Assembly (NCBI GenBank): GCA_963759395.1
Contig: CAVWZH010000018.1
Span: 94,456-158,455, forward strand
Reading direction: 5' to 3'
Length of the DNA stretch: 64,000 nt
DNA from: an uncultured Acidobacteriota bacterium
GTDB taxonomy: Bacteria; Acidobacteriota; Terriglobia; Terriglobales; Acidobacteriaceae
The position numbers were made by a program, and so were the translations under genes. Under the pieces are notes generated by a model. That model ran no database searches and had not been told where the DNA came from. It saw nothing but the letters and a program-made list of their open reading frames with translations. The first letter of the stretch is position 1; each line of letters begins with the position of its first letter. Positions 9,484-19,837 of the stretch are shown here, one piece after another.

Positions 9484-10071
9484 TCAGTTTACCCCTTTCT
9501 CCGCAGCTTCCTTATAAGTCCCGAACTTCTTGGCTACAGGCTTTAACGTCGGATAAAACTGCACGAAACTGTGCTCGACTGCAGCGTGGTCTTCGTGACA
9601 TTGCCAGCAAGCGGCCTTAGGGTTTGCAGTTGCAGTCTTGCCGCTCTCGTCAAAATTGAAATAGGCCCATTTCTCGGGGAAACGCGCTTCGTCCTTTACC
9701 TCGACGCCAATGCCCATGAGGTCCTGAGTTTGATAATGACCGCCTTTCACGATCGAACCTTTGGTTTCCGATCCTCGCTCCTCTACCACGAATGTCGTCT
9801 TGTCCGGCCATTTGCCGCTTTTCAAGAATTCGGCGTAGGCCCACTGCGGCACAAATACGTTGGTAAACATCTGATGATCGCCCATCTGTGCGCTGTAACT
9901 CATGCCTAAGCCGGCCGACAAGAATATCCATTCCCGGTAGTTCGCAGGACGGCGAAGCTGATTATCGGCGGTGAACTGAGGTTTGTCGGACGTGGATTCA
10001 TCCGGCGCAGCCGCCCACAGCACTCCTAAACAAAGCACAGTTGTTGCGCACAACAAAATGGCGTTTTTCAT
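9484..10071 (-). CDS. cytochrome P460 family-like periplasmic heme protein
   Basis: Signal peptide MKNAILLCATTVLCLGVLWAAAP (ATG 10071, GGAGG SD) and a single C-terminal CWQCH heme motif. Size and motif position fit the P460 family. Assignment is from memory of the family, not a search. Confidence 0.55.
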   Translation of the reverse strand: MKNAILLCATTVLCLGVLWAAAPDESTSDKPQFTADNQLRRPANYREWIFLSAGLGMSYSAQMGDHQMFTNVFVPQWAYAEFLKSGKWPDKTTFVVEERGSETKGSIVKGGHYQTQDLMGIGVEVKDEARFPEKWAYFNFDESGKTATANPKAACWQCHEDHAAVEHSFVQFYPTLKPVAKKFGTYKEAAEKGVN

Positions 10072-10251
10072 TCTTGTTCCTCCCCGGCACTCGACAAAAA
10101 ACCATACGCCGAGCGTCCCAGGATTGTTCCCATGCCTTTTGGACGGCAACGGTCCGCAAAAGACAACGCCGGACAATGGCCTTTTCCAGACGTCGAAAAA
10201 TGGGCAACATGTGTGAGTTGCCCGTTCCGATTCTGAGGATCCGGGCTGGAC

Positions 10252-11490
10252 CTACATCGTTTCTCCCCGCTTGCGCAGAAAGGCCGGTACGTCAAGGTCT
10301 TCCTTCTCGAAGTTGGCCATCATGGCATCGCGCATGGTCTCAGCGGGAATCACGGGTGGCGCGGCGATGGGCTGTGGTTGAGCCTGCGGTTGGCTCATCA
10401 CCATGGGGGGAGCCGAAGGTTCGGAGTCGAAGTCCGGGTCGGGCTCGCGATAACTGTGCGAGAACGAAGGCGTGGCTTGTCTTTCCCTCTGCCGGCGGTG
10501 CAGATCCGAGTCCTTGAATCCTGTGGCAATCACGGTGATCTTCACCGCGTCTTTCGCCTTCTCATCCAGCACCGCGCCGAAAATGATATTGGCGTCTTCA
10601 TCGGCCGCGCCCTGAATAATGCTGCAGGCTTCCTGCACTTCCGCCAGCTTGAGCGAAGTGGAACCCGTGATATTGATGAGAATCCCCCGCGCTCCGTCGA
10701 TCGCGCCCGCCTCGAGCAGGGGCGAAGCAATGGCCTTTTGCGCCGCGTCCACGGCTCGCTTGGCTCCGCTGGCCGAAGCTGTGCCCATCACCGCGTAGCC
10801 CATGCCCGCCATGATCGCCTTTACATCGGCAAAGTCGCGATTGATGATCCCCGGAATAGTAATGATGTCCGAGATGCCCTGCACGCCCTGGCGCAGAATG
10901 TCGTCGGCCACTCGAAACGACTCGAAAAAGCCTGCATCCTGAGCCACAGCAAGCAGTTTCTCGTTGGGAATCACGATTGTAGTGTCCACCGAGTCCATTA
11001 GTTCGGAAATGCCGCGCTCCGACTGTTGCATGCGCCGCTTGCCCTCAAACGCAAACGGCTTGGTGACCACTGCAACGGTCAGAGCTCCCATTTCGCTGGC
11101 AAGCGACGCGATGATCGGGGCCGCTCCGGTTCCTGTGCCCCCACCTAGACCAGTCGTGACGAAAACCATGTCCGCGCCTTCCAAGGCCTCGATAATTTTG
11201 TCGGAGTCCTCGAGAGCAGCCTTGCGGCCGACTTCGGGATTCGCCCCGGCTCCTAGCCCATTGGTGAGTTTCACCCCGAGCTGGATCTTCATCGGTGCGC
11301 GGGACATGCGCAGCGCCTGCAGGTCTGTGTTGGCCACCACGAATTCAATGCCTTCCATTCCGGCATCGATCATCCGATTCACCGCGTTGCCGCCGCCTCC
11401 GCCCACGCCGATGACCTTGATTTTTGCATCGTTGCGGGCTTCTTCGTTAAAGCTGATGCGAATGTCGCTGTCTTTTTTCATCACCGCCAC
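10252..11490 (-). CDS. ftsZ: cell division protein FtsZ
   Basis: [10 protein letters not shown] tubulin signature, NTDLQAL, and a C-terminal [10 protein letters not shown] peptide. Confidence 0.97.
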   Translation of the reverse strand: MAVMKKDSDIRISFNEEARNDAKIKVIGVGGGGGNAVNRMIDAGMEGIEFVVANTDLQALRMSRAPMKIQLGVKLTNGLGAGANPEVGRKAALEDSDKIIEALEGADMVFVTTGLGGGTGTGAAPIIASLASEMGALTVAVVTKPFAFEGKRRMQQSERGISELMDSVDTTIVIPNEKLLAVAQDAGFFESFRVADDILRQGVQGISDIITIPGIINRDFADVKAIMAGMGYAVMGTASASGAKRAVDAAQKAIASPLLEAGAIDGARGILINITGSTSLKLAEVQEACSIIQGAADEDANIIFGAVLDEKAKDAVKITVIATGFKDSDLHRRQRERQATPSFSHSYREPDPDFDSEPSAPPMVMSQPQAQPQPIAAPPVIPAETMRDAMMANFEKEDLDVPAFLRKRGETM

Positions 11491-11522
11491 CCCTCGAATT
11501 TAGATTCAATCGCCGAATTCAG

Positions 11523-12743
11523 CTACGCGCCCTTCCCCACCAACATGGCCTTGAGCCTTGAACTCCACCGTTCATCCTGAATGCCACGCGCAATGCGCGC
11601 CCGATGTCCATAGAACACCATGCCCAGCACGGTCGCATATTCTGGCTCTGCCAGCGTAGAAGGCATCTTCGCGAGCGGCGTGGGCCAGGAGAGCCGCACT
11701 GGCCGCCGCAACACGCTCTCCGCAATGTCGAGAATCCCCAGTAGCCGCGAAGCGCCGCCGCTCAATACCACGCCGCCCGTACAAAGATCGAGCACTCCCC
11801 CGTGCCGCAGATTGTCGCGCAACATTTCAAACAATTCGCGTGCACGCGGCTCCAGGATCTCGCTGACCAGGCGCTGTGGAACCAGCCGCGAAGGCCGGTC
11901 ACCAACTGATGGCACTTCCACCTGATTGCCCTCCGGGACCAGGGTCGCGATGGCGTTGCCGTAAATTTTCTTGATCTTCTCCGCTTCGGCCACCGGCGTA
12001 CTCAAGCCGACCGAAAGATCACTGGTAAAGTGGTCTCCTCCAATCGGGATGACAGCGGTGTGGACAACGGCACCCTCCTGGATCACGATCAGCCCAGTTG
12101 AGCCTGCACCGAGATCCGCCAGACACACGCCCAGCTCGCGTTCGTCCGCCCGCAACACCGAATCCGCACAAGCCAGAGGTTCGAAGACAGTGGAATCCAC
12201 GTGTACGCCCGCCCGGTTCACAGCCGTGATCACATTTTGCGTGGCGCTGGCCGCAGTCGTGACCATGTGCACTCGCACTTCAAGGCGGGTTGCCATCATG
12301 CCTAGCGGATCGTGCACTCCATCCTGGTCGTCGAGAATGAATTGTACGGGCAGCAGATGCAGCACTTCGCGGTCTGCGGGCAAGGAAACCGCACGCGCTT
12401 TTTCCACTGCGGCGCGAATCTCCTCACGACCGATTTCCCTGGCGCGAGTACCAAAACTCAGCCCGCCCTGGCTGTTTACGCCGCGTACCTGAGACCCCGC
12501 TACACCCAGCAATGCGTGCTCGATGGGAATGCTGGCCGTGTCTTCCGCCTGCTCTACCGCTTTTTGAATCGAGCCCACAGCCTTGTCCAGATCCACGATC
12601 ACACCCTTGCGCGACCCGCGAGACTCGGCCACTCCGTGTCCCCGGTAGCGCAAGCCGCTGCCAGTAATTTCTGCGACCAATGCGCAAGTCTTGGCGCTTC
12701 CCACGTCAATTGCTGTCAAAACATTCCCCGAGTGATTGGCCAT
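11523..12743 (-). CDS. ftsA: cell division protein FtsA
   Basis: Actin-like ATPase with typical FtsA N-terminus (LTAIDVGSAKTCALVAE) and position between ftsQ and ftsZ. Confidence 0.95.
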   Translation of the reverse strand: MANHSGNVLTAIDVGSAKTCALVAEITGSGLRYRGHGVAESRGSRKGVIVDLDKAVGSIQKAVEQAEDTASIPIEHALLGVAGSQVRGVNSQGGLSFGTRAREIGREEIRAAVEKARAVSLPADREVLHLLPVQFILDDQDGVHDPLGMMATRLEVRVHMVTTAASATQNVITAVNRAGVHVDSTVFEPLACADSVLRADERELGVCLADLGAGSTGLIVIQEGAVVHTAVIPIGGDHFTSDLSVGLSTPVAEAEKIKKIYGNAIATLVPEGNQVEVPSVGDRPSRLVPQRLVSEILEPRARELFEMLRDNLRHGGVLDLCTGGVVLSGGASRLLGILDIAESVLRRPVRLSWPTPLAKMPSTLAEPEYATVLGMVFYGHRARIARGIQDERWSSRLKAMLVGKGA

Positions 12744-12745
12744 TC

Positions 12746-14023
12746 CTATGGTTCCTGCTCCTTAGCAATTGCCGGGCTTGGCTTCGTGCTGACAGGCTTG
12801 GAATTCGTCGAGGGCGTTCCCATAGGCATCGGACCGATGGTGTGGCTTGCCGGAGCCGGTCCTTTCGCCATTGGCATAGCGCTTCTGTTGGTCTTTGTCC
12901 TGGCCAGTTTGTGAGTGTGGTGACCTGCGCTCCCCGGCTTTTTCTTGGCGGAGCGGTTCACCGGAGGCAGGGTCTTGTCCACTACTGGGCTCGGCTTTGG
13001 CATCGGCCCGATGCGGCTGACTAATGCAGCAGGTTTCACTCCTGCGGCCATCGCTCGCTTCGCCGCGGCCATCGATAGTGGCGCTTGTCTGGCTGTGCCC
13101 TGCAGGTCCGGATTCACAATGATCTGCCGGTCGTAGCGCAGGTCTACCGATTCCAGTTTGTCGAATTGCTGCCGCCATTCCTGCAAGTGCGCCACATAGA
13201 CTTTGTAACGTTCGAGGTAATTGCCCGACCCAAGGTGCACCAGCACCACTCCGTCGGCATGATTGGCGACAACTTTCACGTCCTCCGGATCGGAAAGATC
13301 CACTTCACTCAGATCCTGCGAATAATGCCCCCCGCCCGCATCCAGTTGGCGGATCAGATCGTTGAAGATTTTCATGCGTGCGGTCCGCGTCGAGGGCGGC
13401 TCGCCCGGATTGATTCCCAGAATCACAGGGAACGAATATTTCTTTCTGGGCGCCAGATCCATAAGCGCGCCGCTTGCATCGGCCAGCATGATCTGCGAAC
13501 CGACACGCGCAAAAGCAACCGGTGTGCGCTCATGAATCTCAATTCGCAAACGGTTCGGCACGAACCGCATCACGCTGGCTGATTCCACCCATGGGATTTG
13601 TTCGAGCTGACTCTGGCGCTGGCCCAGAGGAATGAAGAAAATATTGCGGCCAATATCCCCGCCCATAACTTCCATAACTTGGGCGCGGTTCACATTCTCC
13701 AATCCAGCAAGTTCAATATCGTCGCTTGACTCAATGCGGAAGCGCCAGGAATGCTCGCCATACCGGTACAGCGCACCAACTGCCACGGCCACGAAAAGCA
13801 CCCCAGTCGCGGCGATGGCCGCCCAGAGCAGGCGGATTGCAGTTTTCTTGGGAAGCGAACCGCGTCGAACGGAAACCCGTTTCTGTCCGCGAAGGAATGG
13901 GGATTCTTCTTCGACGTCCAAGTCGACTAGCCGGGCGTCGTCGAGCTCCTCGCGTGCAGGCTCGCCAGCCAACGGGTACAACTCTTCCTGCGAGATGGTC
14001 GAACCACTTTTTCGCGCCATCAA
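12746..14023 (-). CDS. ftsQ: cell division protein FtsQ (POTRA), with long low-complexity C-terminal tail
   Basis: Single TM segment, then a POTRA/FtsQ region (IELAGLENVNRAQVMEVMG...). Lies immediately upstream of ftsA. The Pro/Lys/Ala-rich tail covers the last ~110 aa. Confidence 0.82.
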   Translation of the reverse strand: MMARKSGSTISQEELYPLAGEPAREELDDARLVDLDVEEESPFLRGQKRVSVRRGSLPKKTAIRLLWAAIAATGVLFVAVAVGALYRYGEHSWRFRIESSDDIELAGLENVNRAQVMEVMGGDIGRNIFFIPLGQRQSQLEQIPWVESASVMRFVPNRLRIEIHERTPVAFARVGSQIMLADASGALMDLAPRKKYSFPVILGINPGEPPSTRTARMKIFNDLIRQLDAGGGHYSQDLSEVDLSDPEDVKVVANHADGVVLVHLGSGNYLERYKVYVAHLQEWRQQFDKLESVDLRYDRQIIVNPDLQGTARQAPLSMAAAKRAMAAGVKPAALVSRIGPMPKPSPVVDKTLPPVNRSAKKKPGSAGHHTHKLARTKTNRSAMPMAKGPAPASHTIGPMPMGTPSTNSKPVSTKPSPAIAKEQEP

Positions 14024-14173
14024 CCCAGGTCAGTTGTCGTCGGGGAATCGCGAGCGAAATTACTATAACTGCTTTTCGCGACTAGACATAGAGAAAATTT
14101 GAGTAGTTTTGCACAGGTGAGAAATCAGCATGCTGCCTGCAACTGAGAACCAGAAAACTTGCAAAGCCAGGTC

Positions 14174-14605
14174 TTAGATCGTATCCGGGCCCGGCATTTG
14201 ATGTACCGTCACCATTGGGGCTGTTGGGCTCTTGGGACAGGAGAACGTTTTGACAGACGGCAGTTCTTCAAGGGACATTGCTCTGGTTCTTTCCTCCGCC
14301 ACCCGTGCCGCGGCGGCTTGCCGCTCGGCGATGACGGTCCGCAGGCAAGCGACGCGTGTCTGAACCTGAGCCAGGGCGACTTCAGCGCCAGCCATGCCGA
14401 GCTCGTTGCGATTCGACAGTCGACTTGCAACATCCAGGAAGCGCATAGCGTCGTCGGAAACGCTCGCGGTGAATTGATCCGTTGCTTCCTGCCATTGATC
14501 CGGTAGCCCTTGGACCCATCCTATCTGCCTCTCTACCAAGGAGTTACTGAGGCCAAGAGCCAGCACGCCCGCCGCCACCCAATACCACGCCTTTTCACTG
14601 TTCAT
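14174..14605 (-). CDS. hypothetical bitopic membrane protein (143 aa)
   Basis: An N-terminal TM segment (WYWVAAGVLALGLS) is followed by a helical Ala/Arg-rich region. No recognisable family. It sits where murB/ddl usually lie in dcw clusters. Confidence 0.45.
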   Translation of the reverse strand: MNSEKAWYWVAAGVLALGLSNSLVERQIGWVQGLPDQWQEATDQFTASVSDDAMRFLDVASRLSNRNELGMAGAEVALAQVQTRVACLRTVIAERQAAAARVAEERTRAMSLEELPSVKTFSCPKSPTAPMVTVHQMPGPDTI

Positions 14606-14757
14606 CGCCCACCCCTACGTTTTCTCTCACTTTAGACGACGGAGTCACAAATTTGTTATCTCCCTGTATTTCCTGTCTCAGATACGGCGCGAACTGCCCG
14701 CCGGTTCCCGGATATTGCGGGAGGGTTACAAGGAAGACTTTGGGGAAGCAGTAGAGG

Positions 14758-16185
14758 TCACTTTGCCACCGAAGCCGACACCCCGGTACCGGCCATTTTG
14801 GCTTCGAGTTTTTGCAGAATCATCGGCCCTAACTGGGAAACATTGCCCGCACCCAAGGTCAAAATCATGTCGCCGTCCTGGGCCGCTGTCACCGCAGAGG
14901 CCACGGCATCTTCCAAGGGGTGGCAATAGAACGCCATTCGTCCACTCTTGTCCGCGATCTTCCTGGCGAGCACCTCTCCTGTCACGCCCTCGATCGGCTG
15001 CTCACTGGCGGCATAGATATCGAGCAGAAAAAGCGAATCGGCCTGATCGAATGCCGTCGCGAATTCGTCCATCAGGTCCCGGGTCCGGGTGAAGCGATGC
15101 GGCTGGAAGATCACGTGGATCTTGCGAAATCCACACTCTCGCGCCGCAGCCAGCGTGGCACGAATCTCCGTGGGATGGTGGCCGTAGTCGTCAATCACGC
15201 TGACCCCCGCGGCCTTGCCCTTGAGCTGAAACCTGCGGTCGACGCCGTGAAAGTTTCCGAGCGCCGTCCGAATCTCTTCCGCCGGGACATCCAGGCCAAG
15301 ACCCACGGCAATCGCCGCGGTGGCGTTCAGAATGTTATGCGCGCCGGGCACATGCAGGCGGAATTTCCCAAGGTCCTTTCCACGATAAACCACATGGAAG
15401 CGGCTGATTGGCCAAGCTTCGACAGAATCGAAAGAAGACTCCGGCGACTTGATCTGGAAGTCCGACCCTCGCCTTGTGCCGTACGTCAAAGTCCTGCGGC
15501 CAATCTGGGGAAGCAGGCGGCGCAGTACGGGGTCGTCGTTGCAAACCACGGCGATCCCGTAAAATGGCAGCCGCTCGATAAAGTCGAGGAAGGCTCGCCT
15601 CACGTCGCGCATGTTGCGATAGCAATCCATGTGCTCACGATCAATGTTGGTCACCACGGCAACAATCGGTGAGAGCTTCAGAAAAGAGCGGTCGCTTTCA
15701 TCTGCCTCGGCAACCAGATACTGCGACTTCCCCAGCCGCGCATTTGAGCCCATGGCCCCCACGCGCCCACCAACCACCACGGTGGGATCAAGCCCGCCCG
15801 CCGCGAGAACCGCCGCAACCATAGACGTAGTCGTCGTCTTGCCGTGCATGCCGGCGACGGCTATGCCGTATTTCAGCCGCATCAACTCGGCCAGCATTTC
15901 CGCCCGCGGGATGACCGGAATGTGGAGAGCGTGCGCTTCCACGACTTCGGGATTATCTGCCGATACTGCCGAACTGGTTACCACGACCTCGGCATCGGCG
16001 ACGTTTTCTGCGCGATGCCCTTCGTGGATAGTGGCGCCAAGGCTCGCCAGCCGCTGCGTGACGGCCGAACTCTTCAGGTCGGAACCGGAAATCTTGTACC
16101 CAAGATTCAGCAGGACCTCGGCAATCCCGCTCATGCCGATGCCACCGATGCCTACGAAATGAATGCGCTGAATCTTGGCAAACAT
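14758..16185 (-). CDS. murC: UDP-N-acetylmuramate--L-alanine ligase
   Basis: 475-aa ORF with IHFVGIGGIGMSGIAE and GMHGKTTTTSM Mur ligase motifs. Confidence 0.95.
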   Translation of the reverse strand: MFAKIQRIHFVGIGGIGMSGIAEVLLNLGYKISGSDLKSSAVTQRLASLGATIHEGHRAENVADAEVVVTSSAVSADNPEVVEAHALHIPVIPRAEMLAELMRLKYGIAVAGMHGKTTTTSMVAAVLAAGGLDPTVVVGGRVGAMGSNARLGKSQYLVAEADESDRSFLKLSPIVAVVTNIDREHMDCYRNMRDVRRAFLDFIERLPFYGIAVVCNDDPVLRRLLPQIGRRTLTYGTRRGSDFQIKSPESSFDSVEAWPISRFHVVYRGKDLGKFRLHVPGAHNILNATAAIAVGLGLDVPAEEIRTALGNFHGVDRRFQLKGKAAGVSVIDDYGHHPTEIRATLAAARECGFRKIHVIFQPHRFTRTRDLMDEFATAFDQADSLFLLDIYAASEQPIEGVTGEVLARKIADKSGRMAFYCHPLEDAVASAVTAAQDGDMILTLGAGNVSQLGPMILQKLEAKMAGTGVSASVAK

Positions 16186-16205
16186 CGAATCGGACCTTTC
16201 CTACT

Positions 16206-16298
16206 TGTCATCCTGAGCGCAGCAAACCAATCTGTCATCCTGAACGCAGCAATCCGATTCGCTTTGCGAACCGGTTTGCGGAGTCGAAGGACCTATGC
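16206..16298. repeat. REP-like intergenic element (tgtcatcctgagcgcagc ... gtcgaaggacctatgc), two tandem heads
   Basis: The head tgtcatcctga(g/a)cgcagc occurs at 16206 and 16233, with the tail gaaggacctatgc at 16286-16298. A compact inverted copy of the same head and tail is at 34728-34758. Confidence 0.7.
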
Positions 16299-16324
16299 AA
16301 CACGAAGCCTACATCGTTCAAACG

Positions 16325-17413
16325 CTAATCCAACCCCGCCAGCCTGGCCACCATCTGTGCGATATCCCGCGCTGCGTTCGGATGCGCCAACCGCCGCGCC
16401 AAAGCGCTCATGCGCCGCAAACGCGGAGGGTCCGCTAGCAGCGTGCTCAGGGTCTCCACCAGCCAGACCCGGTCTAATTTTGTCTCTTCCAGCACAACTC
16501 CAGCTCCCGCCCGCTCCAGCGCCTGCGCGTTCACCCGCTGGTGATCATCGGCGGCTCGGGGAAATGGCACAAACACCGCCGGCTTCGCGGCCGCCGTAAT
16601 CTCCGCCACCGTACTCGCACCCGACCGGCACAACAGCAAGTCCGATCGCGCGAAGAAAGCCGGCATATCGTTAATAAACGGATACACTTCCGCCGAGATC
16701 TTGACCCGCTGGTAAGCCGCTTGGGCGTCATTATAGTCAGGCTCGCCTGTTTGATGAATGATGTGAATCTCGGGCACTTGCGCCGCCAGTTCCGGCAAAC
16801 ACTGAATGACTGCCTGATTGATGGCGTGCGCGCCCTGGCTTCCACCAAAAACGAGAAGGGTCGGAGGCCCGGATTGTTCGTTCCGCGCCGCGATCTCGAA
16901 AAAAGCCTGCCGCACCGGCACCCCGGTGACCTCTCCGTGACGAAAATATTGGGCGGTCTCTTCGAAGTGCACAGCTGCTGCGGAAACCCACCGCGCCACT
17001 AGACGATTGGCGAATCCCGGCACTACATTCGGCTCGAACGCCAGCGTGGGAATCCCCTTCATGATGGCCGCCAGCATCGCCGGCCCGGAAGCATAACCAC
17101 CTACGCCGATCACCACATCAGGCTGGAACTCCGAGAGTATGCGCCGTGAATCCCAGATTGCCACGGGGAGTCCGAGGGCCGTTCTCAGCCGAGTGACGAG
17201 GCTGACGCGGTTGAGGGCCCCAACTTCAATAAGCTGCAACGGGAATCCGGCGGCGGGCACGAGCCGATTTTCAATTCCACGCGCCGTCCCGATGAACAGC
17301 ACCTCGGCGTCGTATGCCTTTTGAAGTTCCTGCGCGATGGCCAGGGCCGGGATGACATGTCCGCCAGTCCCACCGCCCGCCAAAATGGCCCGCATGGAGT
17401 GACTATAAACCAC
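16325..17413 (-). CDS. murG: undecaprenyldiphospho-muramoylpentapeptide beta-N-acetylglucosaminyltransferase
   Basis: 362-aa ORF with AGGGTGGHV and FGGSQGA motifs, in dcw context. Confidence 0.95.
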   Translation of the reverse strand: MVYSHSMRAILAGGGTGGHVIPALAIAQELQKAYDAEVLFIGTARGIENRLVPAAGFPLQLIEVGALNRVSLVTRLRTALGLPVAIWDSRRILSEFQPDVVIGVGGYASGPAMLAAIMKGIPTLAFEPNVVPGFANRLVARWVSAAAVHFEETAQYFRHGEVTGVPVRQAFFEIAARNEQSGPPTLLVFGGSQGAHAINQAVIQCLPELAAQVPEIHIIHQTGEPDYNDAQAAYQRVKISAEVYPFINDMPAFFARSDLLLCRSGASTVAEITAAAKPAVFVPFPRAADDHQRVNAQALERAGAGVVLEETKLDRVWLVETLSTLLADPPRLRRMSALARRLAHPNAARDIAQMVARLAGLD

Positions 17414-17452
17414 ACCTCATGGATCACACCTTCGGATTCCTGTCGGATGACA

Positions 17453-17487
17453 CTGAGAACTGAGATCCGAGAACTGGGAACTGGGTT
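17453..17487. repeat. 5 tandem heptamers (ctgagaa ctgagat ccgagaa ctgggaa ctgggtt) in the ftsW-murG spacer
   Basis: Read directly from the sequence. Confidence 0.85.
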
Positions 17488-17557
17488 TGCAGAATTGATC
17501 TCCGAGGGAAAGATGTGCGGAACAATCGCTCTCCTGCGTGGCAGGCTGAGAGACCGC

Positions 17558-18649
17558 TCAATCCACCTGCCGGCTCACATTCAGCAGAACCCCCACGCAC
17601 GCCAGCGTGATGAACAAAGATGACCCGCCATAAGAAACAAACGGCAGCGGAATTCCCTTCGTAGGCATCAGCCCCAGCACCACGCTGATGTTGATGAAGG
17701 CTTGCACCACCACCATGCTGGTGATGCCCACCGCCAGAAATCGCCCAAACATGTCCTGCGTGTGCAGGGCGGTGCGTATACCACGCCACAAGAAGATTCC
17801 GAAAAGAAGCACTACCACTAGCGCCCCCATCAACCCCAACTCCTCCGCTGTCACCGCAAAAATAAAATCCGTATGCGGCTCGGGCAGATAAAAGAGTTTT
17901 TGTTTCCCTTCCATCAACCCCACACCAGTAATACCGCCCGTGCTGACGGCAATCAGCGACTGAATAATGTGAAAACCGCGCCCCTGCGGGTCAGAGTAAG
18001 GATTGAGAAACGCCAGGATCCGGTCGCGCCGGTACGCCACGTGAAAGATCAAAAAATAGAGCGGTAATAGAGACGCGAGGACGCCATATCCCAGATAGCG
18101 CAAATCTAGTCCCGCAACAAACAGCACACAAGCCGTGATCGCGGCGCACGCAATCGCCGTCCCTAGGTCAGGCTGAAAGACAATCAGCCCCAAAAATACG
18201 AACGTAGGCAAGACTGCAGGCAGAAGCGTGTTGCGCCAGTCATGCATTTCTTTGATTCTGTTCTCTAGAAAGAAAGCGAGAAAAAGAATGAGTGCCGGCT
18301 TGGCCACTTCTGACGGCTGAAACGAGAACCCGCCAAAGTGAATCCAACGGTGGGTATGATGCGCCCGGTCAAGGAAGAAGACCGAAATGAGCATCAACGT
18401 GGTCAGACCCAGCAACGAGAAAACTACTGCAGGATGCCTATAGTGGCGGTAGTCGACTTTCATCGCCACTACCATGGCAACGATCCCTGCCGCCGCCCAG
18501 GCTATCTGCCGCAACAAGAACGTGTAGCCCGATCCATAGCGCTCTTTCGCCATCACGGCGGATGCACTGAACACCATCACCAATCCCAGAAAAACCAGCA
18601 GCATGGTGACAGTGAACAACCAACGGTCGGCGCTGATCCGCTTGGCCAT
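17558..18649 (-). CDS. ftsW: peptidoglycan glycosyltransferase FtsW (SEDS family)
   Basis: 363-aa polytopic membrane protein with SEDS motifs (QPSEVAKP, TDFIFAV, PFVSYGGSS), upstream of murG. Confidence 0.93.
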   Translation of the reverse strand: MAKRISADRWLFTVTMLLVFLGLVMVFSASAVMAKERYGSGYTFLLRQIAWAAAGIVAMVVAMKVDYRHYRHPAVVFSLLGLTTLMLISVFFLDRAHHTHRWIHFGGFSFQPSEVAKPALILFLAFFLENRIKEMHDWRNTLLPAVLPTFVFLGLIVFQPDLGTAIACAAITACVLFVAGLDLRYLGYGVLASLLPLYFLIFHVAYRRDRILAFLNPYSDPQGRGFHIIQSLIAVSTGGITGVGLMEGKQKLFYLPEPHTDFIFAVTAEELGLMGALVVVLLFGIFLWRGIRTALHTQDMFGRFLAVGITSMVVVQAFINISVVLGLMPTKGIPLPFVSYGGSSLFITLACVGVLLNVSRQVD

Positions 18650-18699
18650 AAGAAACAGTTCATTTCACCACGGAGTCAGAAGGTCGCCGAAAGAGATTG

Positions 18700-18734
18700 C
18701 CGGTTGTTAGTCACCAATTGTTGATTGTTTTGGT
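18700..18734. repeat. degenerate heptamers (ccggttg ttagtca ccaattg ttgattg ttttggt) upstream of ftsW
   Basis: Read directly. NNNNTTG-type periodicity in the 126-bp ftsW/galT junction spacer. Confidence 0.55.
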
Positions 18735-18775
18735 TCCGGGCAAGGCTCTGTGCTGCGAAATCCTAAACGGCGACA

Positions 18776-19837
18776 TCAGCGCGGTTTGTGTTCGGTGTAG
18801 TGTGTGCCACTTACATTCCTCAGAGCCGCCGCGGCCGCTTCGGGCGTGATGTCTCGCTGTGGACTGGCCAGCATTTCATAGCCGACCATGAATTTGCGGA
18901 TCGTCGCTGAACGTAGCAGCGGCGGATAAAAATGCGCGTGGAAGTGCCATTCCGGATGCGCTGCGCCGTCGGTCGGCGACTGATGGAACCCCATCGAATA
19001 GGGAAATGAAGTCTCGAAGAGATTGTCGTAACGGATTGTCAGTTGCCTCAAAATGTCGGCCAGGCCGCAACGCGTGGCAGGATCAAGAGATCCCAGGCTG
19101 CCGATGTGCCGCTTTGCAAGTAACAGCACTTCAAAAGGCCACACCGCCCAGAAAGGAACAAAGACAGCGAAATGAGCATTCTCAACCACCCGCCGCATCC
19201 CGGCCCGGGTTTCCAACTGCAGGTAGTCACACAGCAGGCAGGTGCCATACTTCTCCAGATACGCCTTCTGTGATTCCTGCTCTTTGCGCGGCTCATTCGG
19301 AATGGTCTGATTGGCCCAGATTTGACCGTGCGGGTGCGGATTGCTGCATCCCATGATCTCGCCGCGATTCTCGAAGATCTGTACGTAGTTGATACCGGCC
19401 AAAGAACCAATCTCCATATGTTGTTCTGCCCACACGTCTACCACGCAGGCGATTTCCGCGACCGTCATGCGCGCCAGGGTCAAGTCGTGACGCGGAGAAA
19501 AGCACACCACCTTGCAGGTTCCCGCTTCAGCTTCCGAAAGCAGCAGACCGCGGCCAGAATCGTCTTGTCTCGCTGACTCAACATCGGGCTTAAGCGCCGC
19601 GAAGTCGTTGGTAAAAACAAACGTGGTCAGATACTTGGGATTGCGCGCTCCGCCGGCTCGTTGGTTACCGGGGCAGAGATAGCAATCAGGATCGTAGGTT
19701 TGCGCCGGGGCAGAGCCCGAGCCCTCCACCTGGCCCTGCCAGGGTCGGTGCATGCGATGGGGCGACACCAGCACCCATTCGTGCGTGAGCGGATTAAGAC
19801 GGCGATGGGGTTCCTGGTAAAGCTTCCCCGGTTGCAT
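18776..19837 (-). CDS. galT: galactose-1-phosphate uridylyltransferase
   Basis: 353-aa ORF with CYLCPGN zinc motif and the HPHGQ active-site motif. Confidence 0.9.
   Translation of the reverse strand: MQPGKLYQEPHRRLNPLTHEWVLVSPHRMHRPWQGQVEGSGSAPAQTYDPDCYLCPGNQRAGGARNPKYLTTFVFTNDFAALKPDVESARQDDSGRGLLLSEAEAGTCKVVCFSPRHDLTLARMTVAEIACVVDVWAEQHMEIGSLAGINYVQIFENRGEIMGCSNPHPHGQIWANQTIPNEPRKEQESQKAYLEKYGTCLLCDYLQLETRAGMRRVVENAHFAVFVPFWAVWPFEVLLLAKRHIGSLGSLDPATRCGLADILRQLTIRYDNLFETSFPYSMGFHQSPTDGAAHPEWHFHAHFYPPLLRSATIRKFMVGYEMLASPQRDITPEAAAAALRNVSGTHYTEHKPR

Noticed and set aside
10964-11503. Long antisense or alternative-frame ORFs inside ftsZ. Similar cases lie within other strong genes, e.g. 22107..22802, 47430..48161, 50931..51860, 39744..40448 and 12312..12914.
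   Set aside because: They lie opposite or out of frame to genes with unambiguous conserved motifs. Their composition (Arg/Pro/Ala/Ser-rich) is the usual artefact of GC-rich DNA.
18650-18775. Search for an IS element, integrase, tRNA attachment site or inverted repeat at the two inversion junctions (also 55890-56142).
   Set aside because: No transposase or integrase ORF was found, and no inverted repeat longer than ~6 nt is shared between the junctions by eye. Only a direct ttgttgat octamer is common to both, which is not significant.
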